A DNA stretch of 64,000 bases from Diplonema japonicum (Eukaryota > Protista > Euglenozoa: Diplonemea). Below the pieces are notes generated by a model. The model did no database searches and was not told the origin of the DNA. It saw nothing but the letters and a program-made list of their open reading frames with translations. The translations under genes and the position numbers were made by a program. The stretch spans positions 186,001 to 250,000 of the forward strand of contig OZ025698.1 in assembly GCA_964019335.1 (NCBI GenBank), read 5' to 3'. How positions within the stretch are numbered: the first letter of the stretch is position 1; every line of letters begins with the position of its first letter. Shown here piece by piece: positions 10,088 through 23,091 of this stretch.

Positions 10088-10867
10088 CTAGTAAATAAAC
10101 CTCGTTACTATCGTACGGCACATGGGGCAGGACGCCTCGCGTTGTTTTTTCAGCTCCACGGCGCATCTTCTGCACACGCACTGGTGTCTGCATGGCATGA
10201 TGACGGCGTCGGAGTTCTCAGACAGGCACACGACACACTCACTCACTTCCTTCCCACCAAACACGTTCTTCAGAAGATACAAGTTCCCTCCTTTGCACAA
10301 GACGTGTCTGGACAGTGCTGGTTTGCCCCCCATTTCGACCTCCATGTAAGATATGACGAACTGTTTCGCACCAGGCTTCTCCAAGGTAAAGACAAGGGGG
10401 TACTTCCCTACAGTGCTATTCGACTCCATCAGCTCAGGATGGATGTTCACTTTGCATGTGTAGCGGAACCCAAAGCCTTTAGGAACTTGTATTTCTTCGT
10501 GTAAGCCACCATAGCTCTCTGACTGGGGCAGGAAGGCAACCCCATCCTCACCAGCTGCTTCCAAGCACAGCACGTACACCTTAAGCACGACACCTTCGTC
10601 ATTTGAGTCGATGGTCAAGGCAACCTCCACGTCGCTCCCCTCGACTTTGATGTCCACGTCGTTCTTTCTTATCTCTGTCGCTGTCGTCACCGTGCTTGCC
10701 TTTATCATCCCACCCTCACTGTCACTCGCACGCGATCGTGTTGGTGTCTTAGGAGCAGAGGGCTGAGACCTCGGTGGGGACCTCTGTGGGGCCATCGGAG
10801 GCGGCCCACTCCCCTGCGGGGGTGGAGAATAATCGTCATCGTCGTCGTACGATTGGCAACAACCCAT
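10088..10867 (-). CDS. RING (C3HC5) E3 ubiquitin ligase, MGRN1/LOG2-like, N-terminal MGCC acylation motif
   Basis: ECVVCLSENSDAVIMPCRHQCVCRRCA...CPMCR preceded by YLLKNVFG; MGCC myristoylation/palmitoylation motif. Confidence 0.8.
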   Translation of the reverse strand: MGCCQSYDDDDDYSPPPQGSGPPPMAPQRSPPRSQPSAPKTPTRSRASDSEGGMIKASTVTTATEIRKNDVDIKVEGSDVEVALTIDSNDEGVVLKVYVLCLEAAGEDGVAFLPQSESYGGLHEEIQVPKGFGFRYTCKVNIHPELMESNSTVGKYPLVFTLEKPGAKQFVISYMEVEMGGKPALSRHVLCKGGNLYLLKNVFGGKEVSECVVCLSENSDAVIMPCRHQCVCRRCAVELKKQREASCPMCRTIVTRFIY

Positions 10868-11075
10868 TTCTGCCAATCTGTAAGAGTGTCAAGCTGTGAA
10901 TATTAATGCGACAATAACTTAGTGAGGAAAGGGAAAGGGACAATTGTGTCATAAAAGTGTCAAGTATAATGTGTGTTTTGCTTGTTCCCTCCCCCTAGTG
11001 CAGCTTAGCCGGTTTGGTGCTCCCCTTAGAAATCGAGTCGTTTACCTTAAGTGTTCTGTTACTGCTAGTCTATGA

Positions 11076-11240
11076 TCATACCTTGAACTCCTTGCTGCGT
11101 CCTTCAGTACGGTCGTACACATCCCAGTAGCTGCCAGCAGCCGACGCGCAGGGTGGGTCACCCTTCCACAGCGTGTTCATCAGAAGGTCGTTGAAGCCGA
11201 TGGGGCCACCAGGGTTCATGCCAAAAGGATCACAGGGCAT
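11076..11240 (-). CDS. Putative 54-aa microprotein
   Basis: MPCDPFGMNPGGPIGFNDLLMNTLWKGDPPCASAAGSYWDVYDRTEGRSKEFKV*; ACACAAAA-ATG context like neighbouring genes; C/G-rich third positions; fills an otherwise unusually long gap. Confidence 0.6.
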   Translation of the reverse strand: MPCDPFGMNPGGPIGFNDLLMNTLWKGDPPCASAAGSYWDVYDRTEGRSKEFKV

Positions 11241-11523
11241 TTTTGTGTAAGAGTGTTGTGTAAGTTGCTAAGCACTGTAGGTAAGTTCGATCCTAGGTCA
11301 ACGGGCCAAATATGGAGAACACAATCCTCGAAGGATGCAAGTGAAGACTGATGGATCAGGCGAGGTGTGCACGGGGGGATTATTGACACGAAAAATAACT
11401 ACGTAAAACTCTTCGGTGCCGCAGCACATCAGTAACTACCCCTGGTTCGGAGCGCAAGGTTGTCTCTTGCACCACAACAGGGAGCACGGCCTGCCGCCAC
11501 GTTTTGTTTCATAATATCGTTTA

Positions 11524-12782
11524 TCACGCGAGCAGGGATCTCGATACGATCATCTTCATCACTTCGTTGGTTCCCTCCAGGATCCTGTGCACCCTGAGGT
11601 CTCTGAGGTACCTCTCCACAGGGTAGTCCTTCAGGTACCCGTACCCACCGTGCAGCTGCAGTGCCTCGTCGACAACCTCCCAGCACTTGTCTGTCGCGTG
11701 GAATTTAGCCATCGCAGCAAGCGGTGTCTTGCTGGGGTCGTTCTGGTCCAGAGCCGTCGCTGCCTGGCGGATCATCAGACGCGAAGACTGCACCTTTGCC
11801 GCCATCTCAGCAAGCTTGAACTGCGTGTTTTGGAAGCCAGCAATGGGTTTCCCAAACTGCTTCCTCTCCTTCGTGTAATCGATAGCCAGGTCCAATGCCT
11901 TCTGTGCGGCTCCCAGAGAGCATGTCGAGATGTTGATTCTTCCTCCATCAAGACCCGCCATCGCCATCTTGAACCCCTGCCCCTCAACACCACCCAGAAG
12001 GTTCTCCTCGGGCACCATCACGTTCTCAAGCGTGATGATCCTTGTCGGCTGGCAGTTCCATCCCATCTTGTTCTCGTTCTTGCCAAAGCTGAGCCCTTCC
12101 GAATTCTTGGGGATGACCAGGCACGAGATGCCCTTGGTGCCCTCACCTGTTCTCACCATAACTACATAATACTCGGAGGACCCTGCACCGGAGATGAAGG
12201 CCTTGCTGCCGGTCACACGGTACATGTTGCCTTCCCTCACTGCCACTGTTTTCAGGGATGCAGCGTCACTGCCGCTGTCTGGCTCGGTGAGGCAGTAGGA
12301 CATGAGGTTCTCCATTGTGACGGTGTCGGGGAGGAATCTGGCACGCTGCTCTTCAGTCCCGAAGGTGTCAACCATCCAGCAGCACATGTTGTGGATGGTG
12401 ATGAAGGCGGTGGTTGCAGGGCACGCTCTGCTGAGCTGCTCGAACACAACACTTGCCTCCAGCCTGCTCGCACCAGTGCCGAAGTCGTCCTTGACGTAGA
12501 TCCCTCCGAAGCCAAGCTCACCTGCCTTTTTGAAAACCCCAGTCGGGAAGAACTGTTGTGTCGTGTGATGTGCTGTTTACCCGCCTGTGCTTACCTTTTC
12601 CTCATCCCATTTCGCAGCGTGGGGCTCGATCTCCGTCTCCGCGAATGCCTTCGCTGCTTCCTGTGATTTCATTTCACTTGGTTCACAACGCAAACCTGGA
12701 ACGCCAATTCTTGCTCGCCAAGCCCCATGTGCATTCCTGAGGAAAAAAACCTCCTTGCAACTGCCCTGCGTACCACGTTCAT
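11524..12782 (-). CDS. ACAD8: Mitochondrial acyl-CoA dehydrogenase, isobutyryl-CoA dehydrogenase type; 2 introns, ~393 aa
   Basis: Exons 12782-12696, 12660-12595, 12552-11524. Presequence MNVVRRAVARRFFSS; motifs SYCLTEPDSGSDAA, GSKAFISG, KMGWNCQPT, HGGYGYLKDY, ILEGTNEVM. Confidence 0.9.
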
Positions 12783-12915
12783 TGTATAGCTTGCTGAAGG
12801 GCAGTGAAGATTCCAGCAGGACAAATTAATAAGAAAACAAAATCTATTAAGCCTTACGGCCGAACTATGTGGCCATGGCGAAGCACCGTGTGGAAACTCG
12901 GTGTTGCCCTCGACC

Positions 12916-15900
12916 TCAGCCAGCTGTCGATGAATTTGACACTTCTGGGTAGTAGCAGCTGATGTGGTATGTTATTCATAAGCTTTTTTTGGTACCTTTC
13001 AACTATCAAATCCGTTAGTGTAACGAGAGGAGAAGGAACAGCTCTCCCTGCCCATGTATCCAAGGTGATAACAAGCGAAGGGTAGGGCCATCGTCGCTGT
13101 GGTTGTGCTTACTTTTTTCCTTTATGGCTTGTTGCACACCATCACTGTAAAGTAGTCAACTAAATCGCTGTTCTCCTTCCCGATCAAGTTGAGGCCAGTA
13201 AAACTGTATTGGTTGTGATGACAAACAAGTATACAAACAATTTACAAGGTTGCGCGTGCATCATCTGCTTGTGGGTTCCTGCCTTGTCGACTGCTGCCAT
13301 CACACGTATGCCGCAGTCACCATCGCTTTTAGGGACATCAACGAGCAGCACCCCTACACCTATTCTGAAGTGCGTTCTGTCGCCCAAATCATAGACAGGG
13401 CTTGTAAGAGATGTCCCGAAGTGCTTGTAGGATACAGCACGTGACGTGAAAAGGTGGTAATTCCGAATCGCCCACCTCTTCTGCACCTCGTCTGCATCGG
13501 AGAACTGCGATAGGTCTTCAGACGCCACAACACGGCACCCAACGAGCAGTTTCTTGTTACACGCTGTACCCGACCAACCGAAGGCGCACCCTTCGCACCC
13601 ATCTCCGTAGAAATTTCCCAAGCACTTGCATCCTGTTGGAGTACAGATGCCACGCCCCGAGCACGCAACAGCCCACACACTGCCGGACTGGATAGTCGAA
13701 GAAGTAGGAGTGCCGTCACGAATGGGCGACGCCCACAGTAGACCCTTGCACTTCTTATGTATGTCATTCCTTCCCACTACCGCCACAGCATCAACCTGCG
13801 ACAGGTCGCTCGAGGTGGGTGCGAACCATAACTTGATGTTCCTAGCACGGAACCCCGTCTGCCCGACATCGATTGTCGTCTCACGGTACTTCTTCCGCAG
13901 AGGGAAGTTCGCATTCTGCCGATTCCACACGGTAGTCCAAGGGTTGGTGTTGACATTCAGCGACTTGCCGGGAGGAAGGTCCTCACAAGGGACGTCACCA
14001 GGAGCGCCACCGACTTCAGCTTTGGTTGGTTGCTGTCCTAAGTAAGTAGGCCCTGAATCCCGTGCCCTGAACAACCTTGGGTACTCGGCAGCACCCCATG
14101 CAGCCAACTCGTAGCGGGACAAGGGCGCAGCAGGGATGATGGTGTTGTCGTCCATCACAATGCCCTCCTTCCAGACGCAGATGAAGGGCTCACCAGTCGT
14201 CCACATTATTGCACCATTGCACAGCTGTTTGTCGAATATGCCTTCACAGAATGTTTTGTAGTCCGAATTTGTCGACACTGTTCCTGCAGTCGAGGGTGCC
14301 ACTTCTATATTTAAATAGCACGCCTGTGTGATAATGACAGAGAAGTTCGCACCTTGCAGTGTGCTTTGTGGTACTTCTAAAGCAGACGCTTGTCTCCTGC
14401 TCGTCACGTCTATTGTCGGTGTTTTGCCACGCCACTTGCAGACAGGTTTGGTAAGGCACTCGTTATAATCAAAGATGCCGCACTCACCAGGCAGGATTGC
14501 AAGGCAAGACTGGACCTCTGTCATGTGCCATGAGCATTGCGCATTGCAGTACTTCGACTCGGAGTTGAAAGGGCACGCAATGCAGTCGGAGCGGTGTGCG
14601 TAAACAGAACAGTCGAAGTGCGTGCTGTTGTTGTCAGTCATGTTCACCACACACAAGCGGTCTGTCTGGTCCCATACACAGGCACGTGTCACATTGCACT
14701 CTACTTCTGTCCTCAACTCGCCATTCTGTTTAAGGGTGCAGTCGTACAGCTCGCCCTTCTCCGTGCATGTCTTGTTTACAGGGTTCCAGTTGCAGTAGCT
14801 CACGAGCCCTGTGGACAAGCCCCTCACTTGAGCATTGCAATCTCCAAAGGTTGTGAACGGCTTGCACTCGTCGGTAAACGACCAGTGATTGCATGTGTCC
14901 TGTGTCTTGAGTCCCCATACACATGTAGTGGGCTCACTCAGGCACGCACTATTGTTCAAGTCATTGCAGTACTGCACAAGCTTCGGGGTGATCGTGTCCT
15001 CCGTCGAGCTAGGCGTGCAGGGCACACCGTCCATGCACAGTCCCTCGATTGGGTCCCAGTAGCATTCACGTTTTTGCTCAAGCAGAGTACATTCCGCCAA
15101 ATTAACTTTGCATCTGGACCCAGCAACGCACGACGCTGAATGCACATTCCAATCGCATCCAATCTGCCTCTTGCAAAGGTACGGTCCGTGTTCAGTGAAC
15201 GTGGCACAGTGTTCTGCTTTGGCGGTTGTTATCTTCGGCTGCGTTCTTGTTATGTTTGGCTTCCTTGGCGGAACCACGTTCCCCTCCAAGTCCGTCTCCA
15301 CGTTACCACCTCCCGCAGAGGCCATGGCCGCAGACCCCGAAAGCGCTTCTTGTATCTCGACCCTGACCAGACTGCCAGGTGCGTTGTTCTCGTACAGCAC
15401 TATGCTCTCGACATACACAGGGATGTCAACCGACAGCTCAATCCACTGCAAAGGCGGCGGTGTTATTCGGGACCAATCCACCTCCCCGTTGGTGTACACG
15501 GCGCACTTCGGTCGCAGTTCTTCACAAAGGCCAACGGTGGCATTATTCGGGAAGCACCCATATTGCATCATACACTGCTCTTCTGCTTCTGAGACAGTTC
15601 TTGCATCTGTTTTCGCAATGCAAAAAGACCCCAACACATCCCACCGACACCCCCACTTAGCGTTGCAGCTGTCAACATCAGGTGCCAAGCAGTTGACGTA
15701 TGGATACCATTTCAGCGCAGGATTCACATCTCTGCCATCAGCTTTGTAGTACTGCTTTGGTGCCCAGCTACTCATGCTAACCCCGTGCACTCGATCGCTG
15801 CTAGGTTTGTACAGGATATTTGAACACTTGAATGCGGAATGGTCTTTTAGACCAAGTACCCTACTCACCCACTGCCTGGGGCGCAAGTCCACAACCTTTG

Positions 15901-18900
15901 TTGAGCGCGACGCGGGCTGCTTTACCCCCATCGGGGTGAATCCATCGGGCGTGCGCTGTGTGACATAGTCATGCAGGGTTTCATATGACCCAGTAAACGG
16001 TGATCGCGAGAGGTACGCACTTTCGCTAGCACTGCAGGCCTTTTGCTGCTCTTTTAAACGTATCTGCCTGTAAGCAACCATGCTGTCTGTGCAGTCAGGA
16101 CCTGAGAACCCCAGTGCGCATGTTTCAGAACCTGATCCACCCCAGTTGTGGGGTAGCACAAGACAGCTGCCTTCTCCATTGCACACTCCCCGCACACCAC
16201 ACATGTCTTTAGGATCCTTTCCTTTCGGGATGGCTGCACATGACAGAGGTGAAAAAGGACTCATCTCGCCATTCTCATCAGGCTCATAATCACACCACTC
16301 GCATCTTGAGCATCTCCTGTGCGGGTCAGTGAATGGCAGTACCCATCCACAAATGCCCAATTCAGAGCAGGTTTGGCAGGGAATATCGCACCTCGAGTTG
16401 CAGCAAAGGCCTTCGACGCAGTGCTTGCTGCCACACTGGTTGTCATCCGTGCACGCCACCCCTAAACCTCTGGGAGGCTGGCAACTGCCTTTGTCCACGG
16501 CCGTCTGGACCCCCTCAGAATTTTTTTGGTCGCCAAGACAATCATCATAATTATCACAATCCTGGTCGGCCACGACCCTAGTACCACTGCTTGACACGAA
16601 GACACGCTTCCTGCTCACAACACTACAGACCAGGCCCCCTGCACAGTCGCCGTCATCAAAGCACGACGTCTTGCAACTAGGGTACCGCTGCCCGAAGCTG
16701 CCAAGTTGGTCGTTTGTGATACCCTTCGCGACAGCTATGTATGGGTAGCACTCTGCGGGTGATGTGAACACTGTTCCAATGGGCTTGGGTCTCGTCAAAG
16801 GTGGGGGCATGAAAGGCGCGTGTTGAAACATAACTACGTACGGGTCAACCTGGAAGCCTTTAAGATGCGCGACGGGCACACGTAGGACTGGGAGATCCTT
16901 CCCCGCCCACGGATACTCTTTGGGTGATTTCTGAAATAAATTCGTGTTGCGCTGTTCCGAGAGTGACGCGGCTTGCTGCGTGTCTTCCCGAACATAAGGT
17001 GTAGGGACGCAGACGCCATGGTCGTCGGACGCAGCACTTAGAAGCTGCATTTGGAAATTGTTATAGAGCGGTTTGCTTGAGGCCACGCCCGTGGTCCTGT
17101 CAATATTGGGCACAAGGGAAACACCGTACTTTACTGCTAAGTCTTCCAGAGTGTACTTCTTGCATCTGAAAAAGGGCTGGCACCCCTCATCATTAACACA
17201 GGAAACTGGGCATTGTGAACCAATCGCAGGAACAGCACCCCTCAACCCACCACAGACATAAGGGTGGCAAAACTCGAAGGGCTGCATGTCGCACGATGGC
17301 GTGTCGGGTAGAACTCTGCTGGATTCAGCGACGCGTTCAGTGGGATTAGCCTCGAAGATATTACACGAGCTGCACATGGCTTTCTCAGGGATGAAGCAGC
17401 ACCCTGGTGAAGACTTGCACACACTTGCATTGTAGCTATCACACGGGTCGGGGAATGTAAGGTTCCCGAACAAGCTATCCACGGGATCTATCACGACGGG
17501 GGTACAGGCACCGCAACTGTTTGGGCACAAGTCCCTTACTGTGACACCCGGCTGCACGCTGGTAACAAATGAACCGACATCGCCGTTGCAAGTCAGCACT
17601 GTTATCACAGCCGCACACCTTTGGATGGCCGACGCACCGTAGGCCACCAGCTTGCCGTCGATGTCGTCGACACACGACTCCAATACCTGTGCTGTGCGCT
17701 GTGAGGCCTGTGCCTGCTCCACACAGCTCTCACACGTCATAGGGCACATGTATTTCACGAAGGACGGTTGCGGTAAACCATAGACAACAGAGAGATCCGT
17801 GTCGCAGGTGACATTGCCTTCAAGGAGGCCCTCGCACCCGCCGTACACACGCAGGCGCCCATCGGGGTCATCTTCACACGTCTTCTTTGTCGAGGACCCC
17901 CTGATACAGGTTGCAGTTGCACGACTGCACTTATAGCTAGGGTGACAGTGTGCATTGACCCAGCAGCTAGATCTACATATGCTGGCACTGAAAAACGTTT
18001 GGGTAGCTGTCCTCCCACAAGCGTACCCGTTGCAGTCATCGTGCGAGTAGCAGTACATCACATCCATGTGCCGTTCAGCAGCAGATGCAACACACTCACC
18101 ACTGTCCCTCTCAGAGACAAATTCATGCTGTTCGTCAGCTAACTTAACGGCCACACGTGTGGCACGCACGTTGAACCCGGGTATCCCTTGCGTATGTTGC
18201 GAAGAAGCACTACTGGGCTCAGCCTTCCCCACAACTTTCACTTCCCCCGAGAAGGCAGCCCCAGCCCCAGGGGGAGGAGAGTAGACGGGTTTAGTACAGA
18301 CAGCAGAGCTGTGGCAGTCCGAATCGGTTGTGCATTGCATTTTGCAGACCGCATCGAGGATAAGGTCTTCTTTTATTCTTTCAATGTCGTCGGCACAGCT
18401 GTATTCGCACCCATACAGGCCACACAGACCCGGGTCCAGCAGACAGTTGTTCTCCACTGCAGGGTCAGGAACAAGATGGTACAAACACAGTCCGCAAACG
18501 GAACACTTGAACCCACAAGCACAGTCAAGGTCTGTCATGCATGACTGCTTGCAGTATTTCACAGAGGACATGGCGTCCCAAACATCTTCTTTAACTTGGC
18601 ATCTACGGAAAGAAGATGCGGAGTACCCTAGTTTTGAAGCTACAGTACTCAGGTCGTAGCCAGGCGCGCATGCATAAGCACCACACATAGTCGCATCACT
18701 GCTGCATGGGGCTGCTGTAATGTCGTCGTCAATAGAGCCAGGCCCGTACGTGCCTGGCAAGCAGGGGGGTGGCTGTGGTTGTGGGCACTCACACTCGTCA
18801 TCAGGAATCGGAGTAGGTGGCGGGGCACCCTTGCAGTCAACAGGGCAGGAAGGTGGGTACACAGGACATGATTCAAGGCTGAGTGGCGTTTTGCAGTTGC

Positions 18901-21900
18901 TGATTCTGTTCTCGGATGCCGGCCTCACGGAGTAGCCCGGAATACACTTCCTGACGGGGGGCGTGTGTGGGCACTGCGGGCACGGGTCGCACGGCTGCAC
19001 TCTGGGGTTGCCGAAAGGGTACACGTCTTCAGAGTCCCAGTCCAGTGGCTCCAATGACATGCCCTTGCAGTCGACCCACACTGTCTTCACACCCACGCTG
19101 TAGTCACATTCACAACAGGGGCCTGTCCCTTCGCGGCATATCGGCTTCGGTGGTGGCAAGCAGCCACACGGGTGCTTACCCCTGAGCGTTGTCACAGGTG
19201 GTTGCAGCCCCTTGCAGTCGAGCTCTTTCCTCTCCCAAACTGGACACGTCGAAGTGTCGCAAACACCACGCGAACCGTCTTTACACTTGAACACTGGCAG
19301 CGGGCAACCACAGTGGTCCTTGCTAGTTCTGAAGCGTGGAGAGGGCCAGTTGCCGCAGTCTATGACACTAAGATCGGGGCCGCTGCTGTTGTACTTCTGA
19401 TCCACGTTAAGTATCTTCTCCCAGTCGGGGCACCCTGTCGCACGCTTCATTTGAACGCAGTCGAGTGTTGTACCGTATGAACGCTCTTTCAGTAAATACG
19501 GCTTCGTAGTGTCGCTGCATGTTGGCACGGGTGGGCTAGTGCAGTGACAGAAATCTTCGTCGATGATCTGATACTTCCTAGGATCGAAATAGACCACCAT
19601 CCCAGAGGCGTAGCTGGGTGCCTTTCCATCGAGGCTCTTTGACCCCCAGCAATCGATTTCAGCAGGTATAGTCACTTTGCACTCGCACGTCGGCTCGCCG
19701 GGAGCAGTGGTGTACTGCGGTCTCGTGTCTTCGAGGCCTTGTGCATTATACGTCTGTGGCTCGTAGCTGTCAGGGGGTGCTGCAGATGTGCCAGGCATGC
19801 AGGCAATGAAGGGAGGCGAGCATCCACACACGTCTTTCACCCAGCACGTTGTGTAGAGCAGCGGGTACCCATTGCAGTCCATGAACTCGGCCGCCGGCAC
19901 GGGGCAAGGCGCACAGTAGACTGCTTGGTCTGCGCACTTCGGAATTTTCGGTGTCAAAAGACACCCGAACTCGTCAGTTTCTTGTATCCTCTGTGGAGTG
20001 GCGCACCTAGACAACTTTCCCTCAGCACCACACTGTATGTTACACGCCGTGCAGTTGATCGGGTCGGGCTCCTTAATCAGGATGTCTGCTTGCTGCAAGG
20101 TGTCACATGCGAAGTAAGACCTGATCCTATGTGCGCAGTGTGTGCTGATGTCATAACCATCCCTGCACCTGTCGCACCTCTCTCCTCCCCAATAGCCATC
20201 TAGCTTGCTTGTGAAGCACCTACACCGCCCGGTTCCAAGATTGCAAGAACCCTTTCCACAGTCGCGACTACTGGAGCAGGCCTGTTTTGTGCAACTGCCA
20301 CCGGTGAAACCGCTCTGGCACACACGGCAATGGGTCGAAGGGTCCCAGTAGCCATGTGTCGCGTTCTGAAAACATCTGCACAGGCCAGTAACACCGTCGC
20401 AAACGCCATTGCCGTAGCACATCACTTGTGAAGTGGGGTCAACTACACACTTCTTTGACTTGCATGCCGGGTACCCGAAGTAGCCATCTTCGCACATTTG
20501 GCAGTTCTCACCCTGGAAAAAACCCCTGCTCCCCACATGTGGAAGGGCTGGGTTGGGACCGGGATGGTCTCTGCTGTTGAGGCAAACGCAAGAACCATCT
20601 CTACAGAAGCCACCAGCACTGCAGTCATCCACGGGATCACACGCCTTCTGTAAGGTAAAAACTTCATTGCACATCTCTTGGGGGTCCGGGCACGTGATCT
20701 CGCCAAGCAGTGTGTGGTCAGCAGCAGTCCGCAAACCGAAGGCAGAGGCATGGCTTGGTCCAACTACTTCGTACTTGTAAGTGCATGTGTAGGTGGTTCC
20801 GCCGATGAAAATATTCAGCATCCACCTGCTGCCCACCAACACGCACTCGTTCGGCAGGCAGGTCCCTCGCGCTGTTGGTGTAGATGTTGTTGTGTACTGT
20901 TTGTAGCGCAATGTCGTTTCGAAACATCGTGAAGACGCCCCGCGCACGCTGAATACGGTACACGGTTCGCCTTGGCAGTCAGGGAGCTCAGGTGAGTCCC
21001 ACAGGCAAGAGGTATGAGCAACCGGTGCCTCTTCTTTGAAGAAGCACCAGTCCATGAGTGGATCAGACCCGCCTAGAAGGGGCTGTCCGCTCACCCACAC
21101 GAATTTAGACGGGATTGCACCAGCCGGCCACGTAGCCTTGTTGCAAAAGCCCAGCGAGGTGAAGTCGGTGCTGCATGCGAGGTTGGTGTGTGTTACTGAT
21201 CCGTCGCACTTGTAGCGTGCAGGCCAGTCTGTGCAGTCATCTGTCGCGAACTTACATGGCTGTCCTTTCCCCCACCGAAGCTCTGCCCCCATGTCCTTGT
21301 TGACCCTGTACCACCCCATGTCCTCGAACGCTGCTAATGTAAGTCCCGACACGACTTGCAGCTCATCGGAAAAGTCCTCAGTGAGGGGCGGCAACATTGT
21401 CATTACCTCTCCCCTGTAGATCCTTTTCTCCCAAAGACCAAGCACGATGTCCGGCGGCCCGGGGGAGATGTTGGCGTCTTCTAGCTCTGCGCCCTCGATC
21501 GTTCCACTGCCACCGGCTGGGTTCCCTGAGCAGAGGAATTGGTGCGTGTTGATCCATGTCTTCACTGCTGGCGTCACGATAACGGCAAGCTTTCTGCAAC
21601 TAGTGTTTATAGTTTGGCTGCATGACTTGCTTGAGATGGTCCTGTTGACAACAGGTTGCTTCCACGAGTGGAAGAGGTTTTCATGCAGCCCTAAAGACTG
21701 CAGCAGTGACTGAAGAATGCGTATTCTGAGCTTTTGCCGTCCATGCTTGCGCTGCGAAACAATAGCGAGATGCGACGGAGCTACGTTTAGTACAATAACA
21801 TTCGGTCGCTGGTCTGTGCTGAAGCCGCAGGGGATGGACCACGCAGTGGCGTAGGGGTCGGGCATGGTCGTCACGAAGACTAACATGTCTGTTCCGTGCA

Positions 21901-23005
21901 GCAGATACTGCCCGCTAGATGTGTCCATCATTTCCTTGAGGTCCCAGCTGAAGTAGTCGGATTTACAGAGAAACTCGTAAGGCGCTCGCCCGTTGCCAGT
22001 AAGTCCTGTGGATCGGAAAATAGGCGACAGCGTCATGGAGATGAACTTCAGGGCGTTGGCAAGCTCAGCCTTTAGAAGATTCAACATGGGCTTTGTAACT
22101 ATCATGTCGGCAGTACAGTTCGTATTGTAAGGCTGAGCTGTCTCACGGTTGAAGAAGGTGGCAACATGCGGTGGCTGAGGCGAGTACAAGACGTGCGGCG
22201 AAGTTGTTGTGAACTTCAACTGCTCGCCTGTCGTCTGGTCTATTGTGATAGGTGCCACCTCGCAGAAGAAAGCGTGGCGCTGCGAGCAGTCGGTAATTGG
22301 GAAGGGATGCAGCCCTCGCAGGTCCCGCCACCCGTCGTAGACCAGGCATCTTGGATTCCCCGTTTCGTTCTTCAGGTTCGGGCAGCACGGCTTCCCCGTC
22401 ACCGAGAAGGATGGCGCGTTCCACCTCTCGTTCCAAACCGTCACCGTCGCATCGCCGTAGAAGGCCACCTTCAAAGGAGTGGTGGTGGGGTCCAGGATCT
22501 GCACCCCTGACCAGAAAGTGTCGTTCGTAGTCTTGCTGCGTAAGTGTTCCTTTAGTTTCGTTTCAATTTCAGGTGTTGCAAGTGCTACCAAGTGGCCTTC
22601 CATCTCGGAGCATGTTTGTTGGGCTTCATGGTGATCTAGACCTTGACTGTGCCAGACGGCGCACTTCAGGCCTTCGTAAGTGTCAATGGGGACAGTACCC
22701 TCTGTACACTGTCTGGTCCCCAAGCCTTTGCTATCCCCCGTTGATGACTTCAGTTTCTCGGACAGCCCCATCTGCGGGCACTGCTTGCTGTCGTCGTCCA
22801 AGCCGTACACCACCTTCACCCGTAGCCCTTCGTGTGTCCCCGCCTCCACCATCCCCGTGCTCTGGGGAAGAGCACCTCTGTGCTTCTTCCCACGAATGCC
22901 AAGCTTGTTCATAAGTGCACTACTCACTAGTCTGTCTGCCGTCCTTAAGGGGTACCTTGGTGCAGCAAGCGTCCATGCCGCTGCCAAGACCACCGCGAGC
23001 ATCAT
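12916..23005 (-). CDS. Giant secreted Cys-rich protein: signal peptide, inactive M8/GP63 (leishmanolysin) domain with inserted C-type lectin, laminin-EGF, ShK-like and PSI-like repeats, jelly-roll domain
   Basis: 3273-aa ORF 13184-23005 plus probable short 3' exons joined by ~35-42-nt introns; stop at 12916 or 12854 is uncertain. GP63 motifs CTADMIVT, AWSIPC, RPNVIVLN, GAELED, LTLAAFEDMGWY, WGKGQPC. Confidence 0.85.
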
Positions 23006-23091
23006 GTGGCCATTTTAGATGTTCTTCAGTGGGGTGAAATATTGCAAGAAAGAACAAATATGCATGTAAAGCCATGCACTTATGACGAATC

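Noticed and set aside
11070-11078. TGA-TCA-TAG at the end of the microprotein as possible selenocysteine
   Set aside because: No SECIS-like AUGA..AA..GA hairpin seen downstream and no selenoprotein-type context.
11438-11485. Two-stem hairpin in the ACAD8 3' region (minus strand) resembling an H/ACA hairpin
   Set aside because: No AGA/ACA box at the expected position; single copy.
11587-12666. 359-aa plus-strand ORF and similar antisense ORFs over minus-strand genes
   Set aside because: Shadow ORFs from GC3 bias opposite well-conserved genes.
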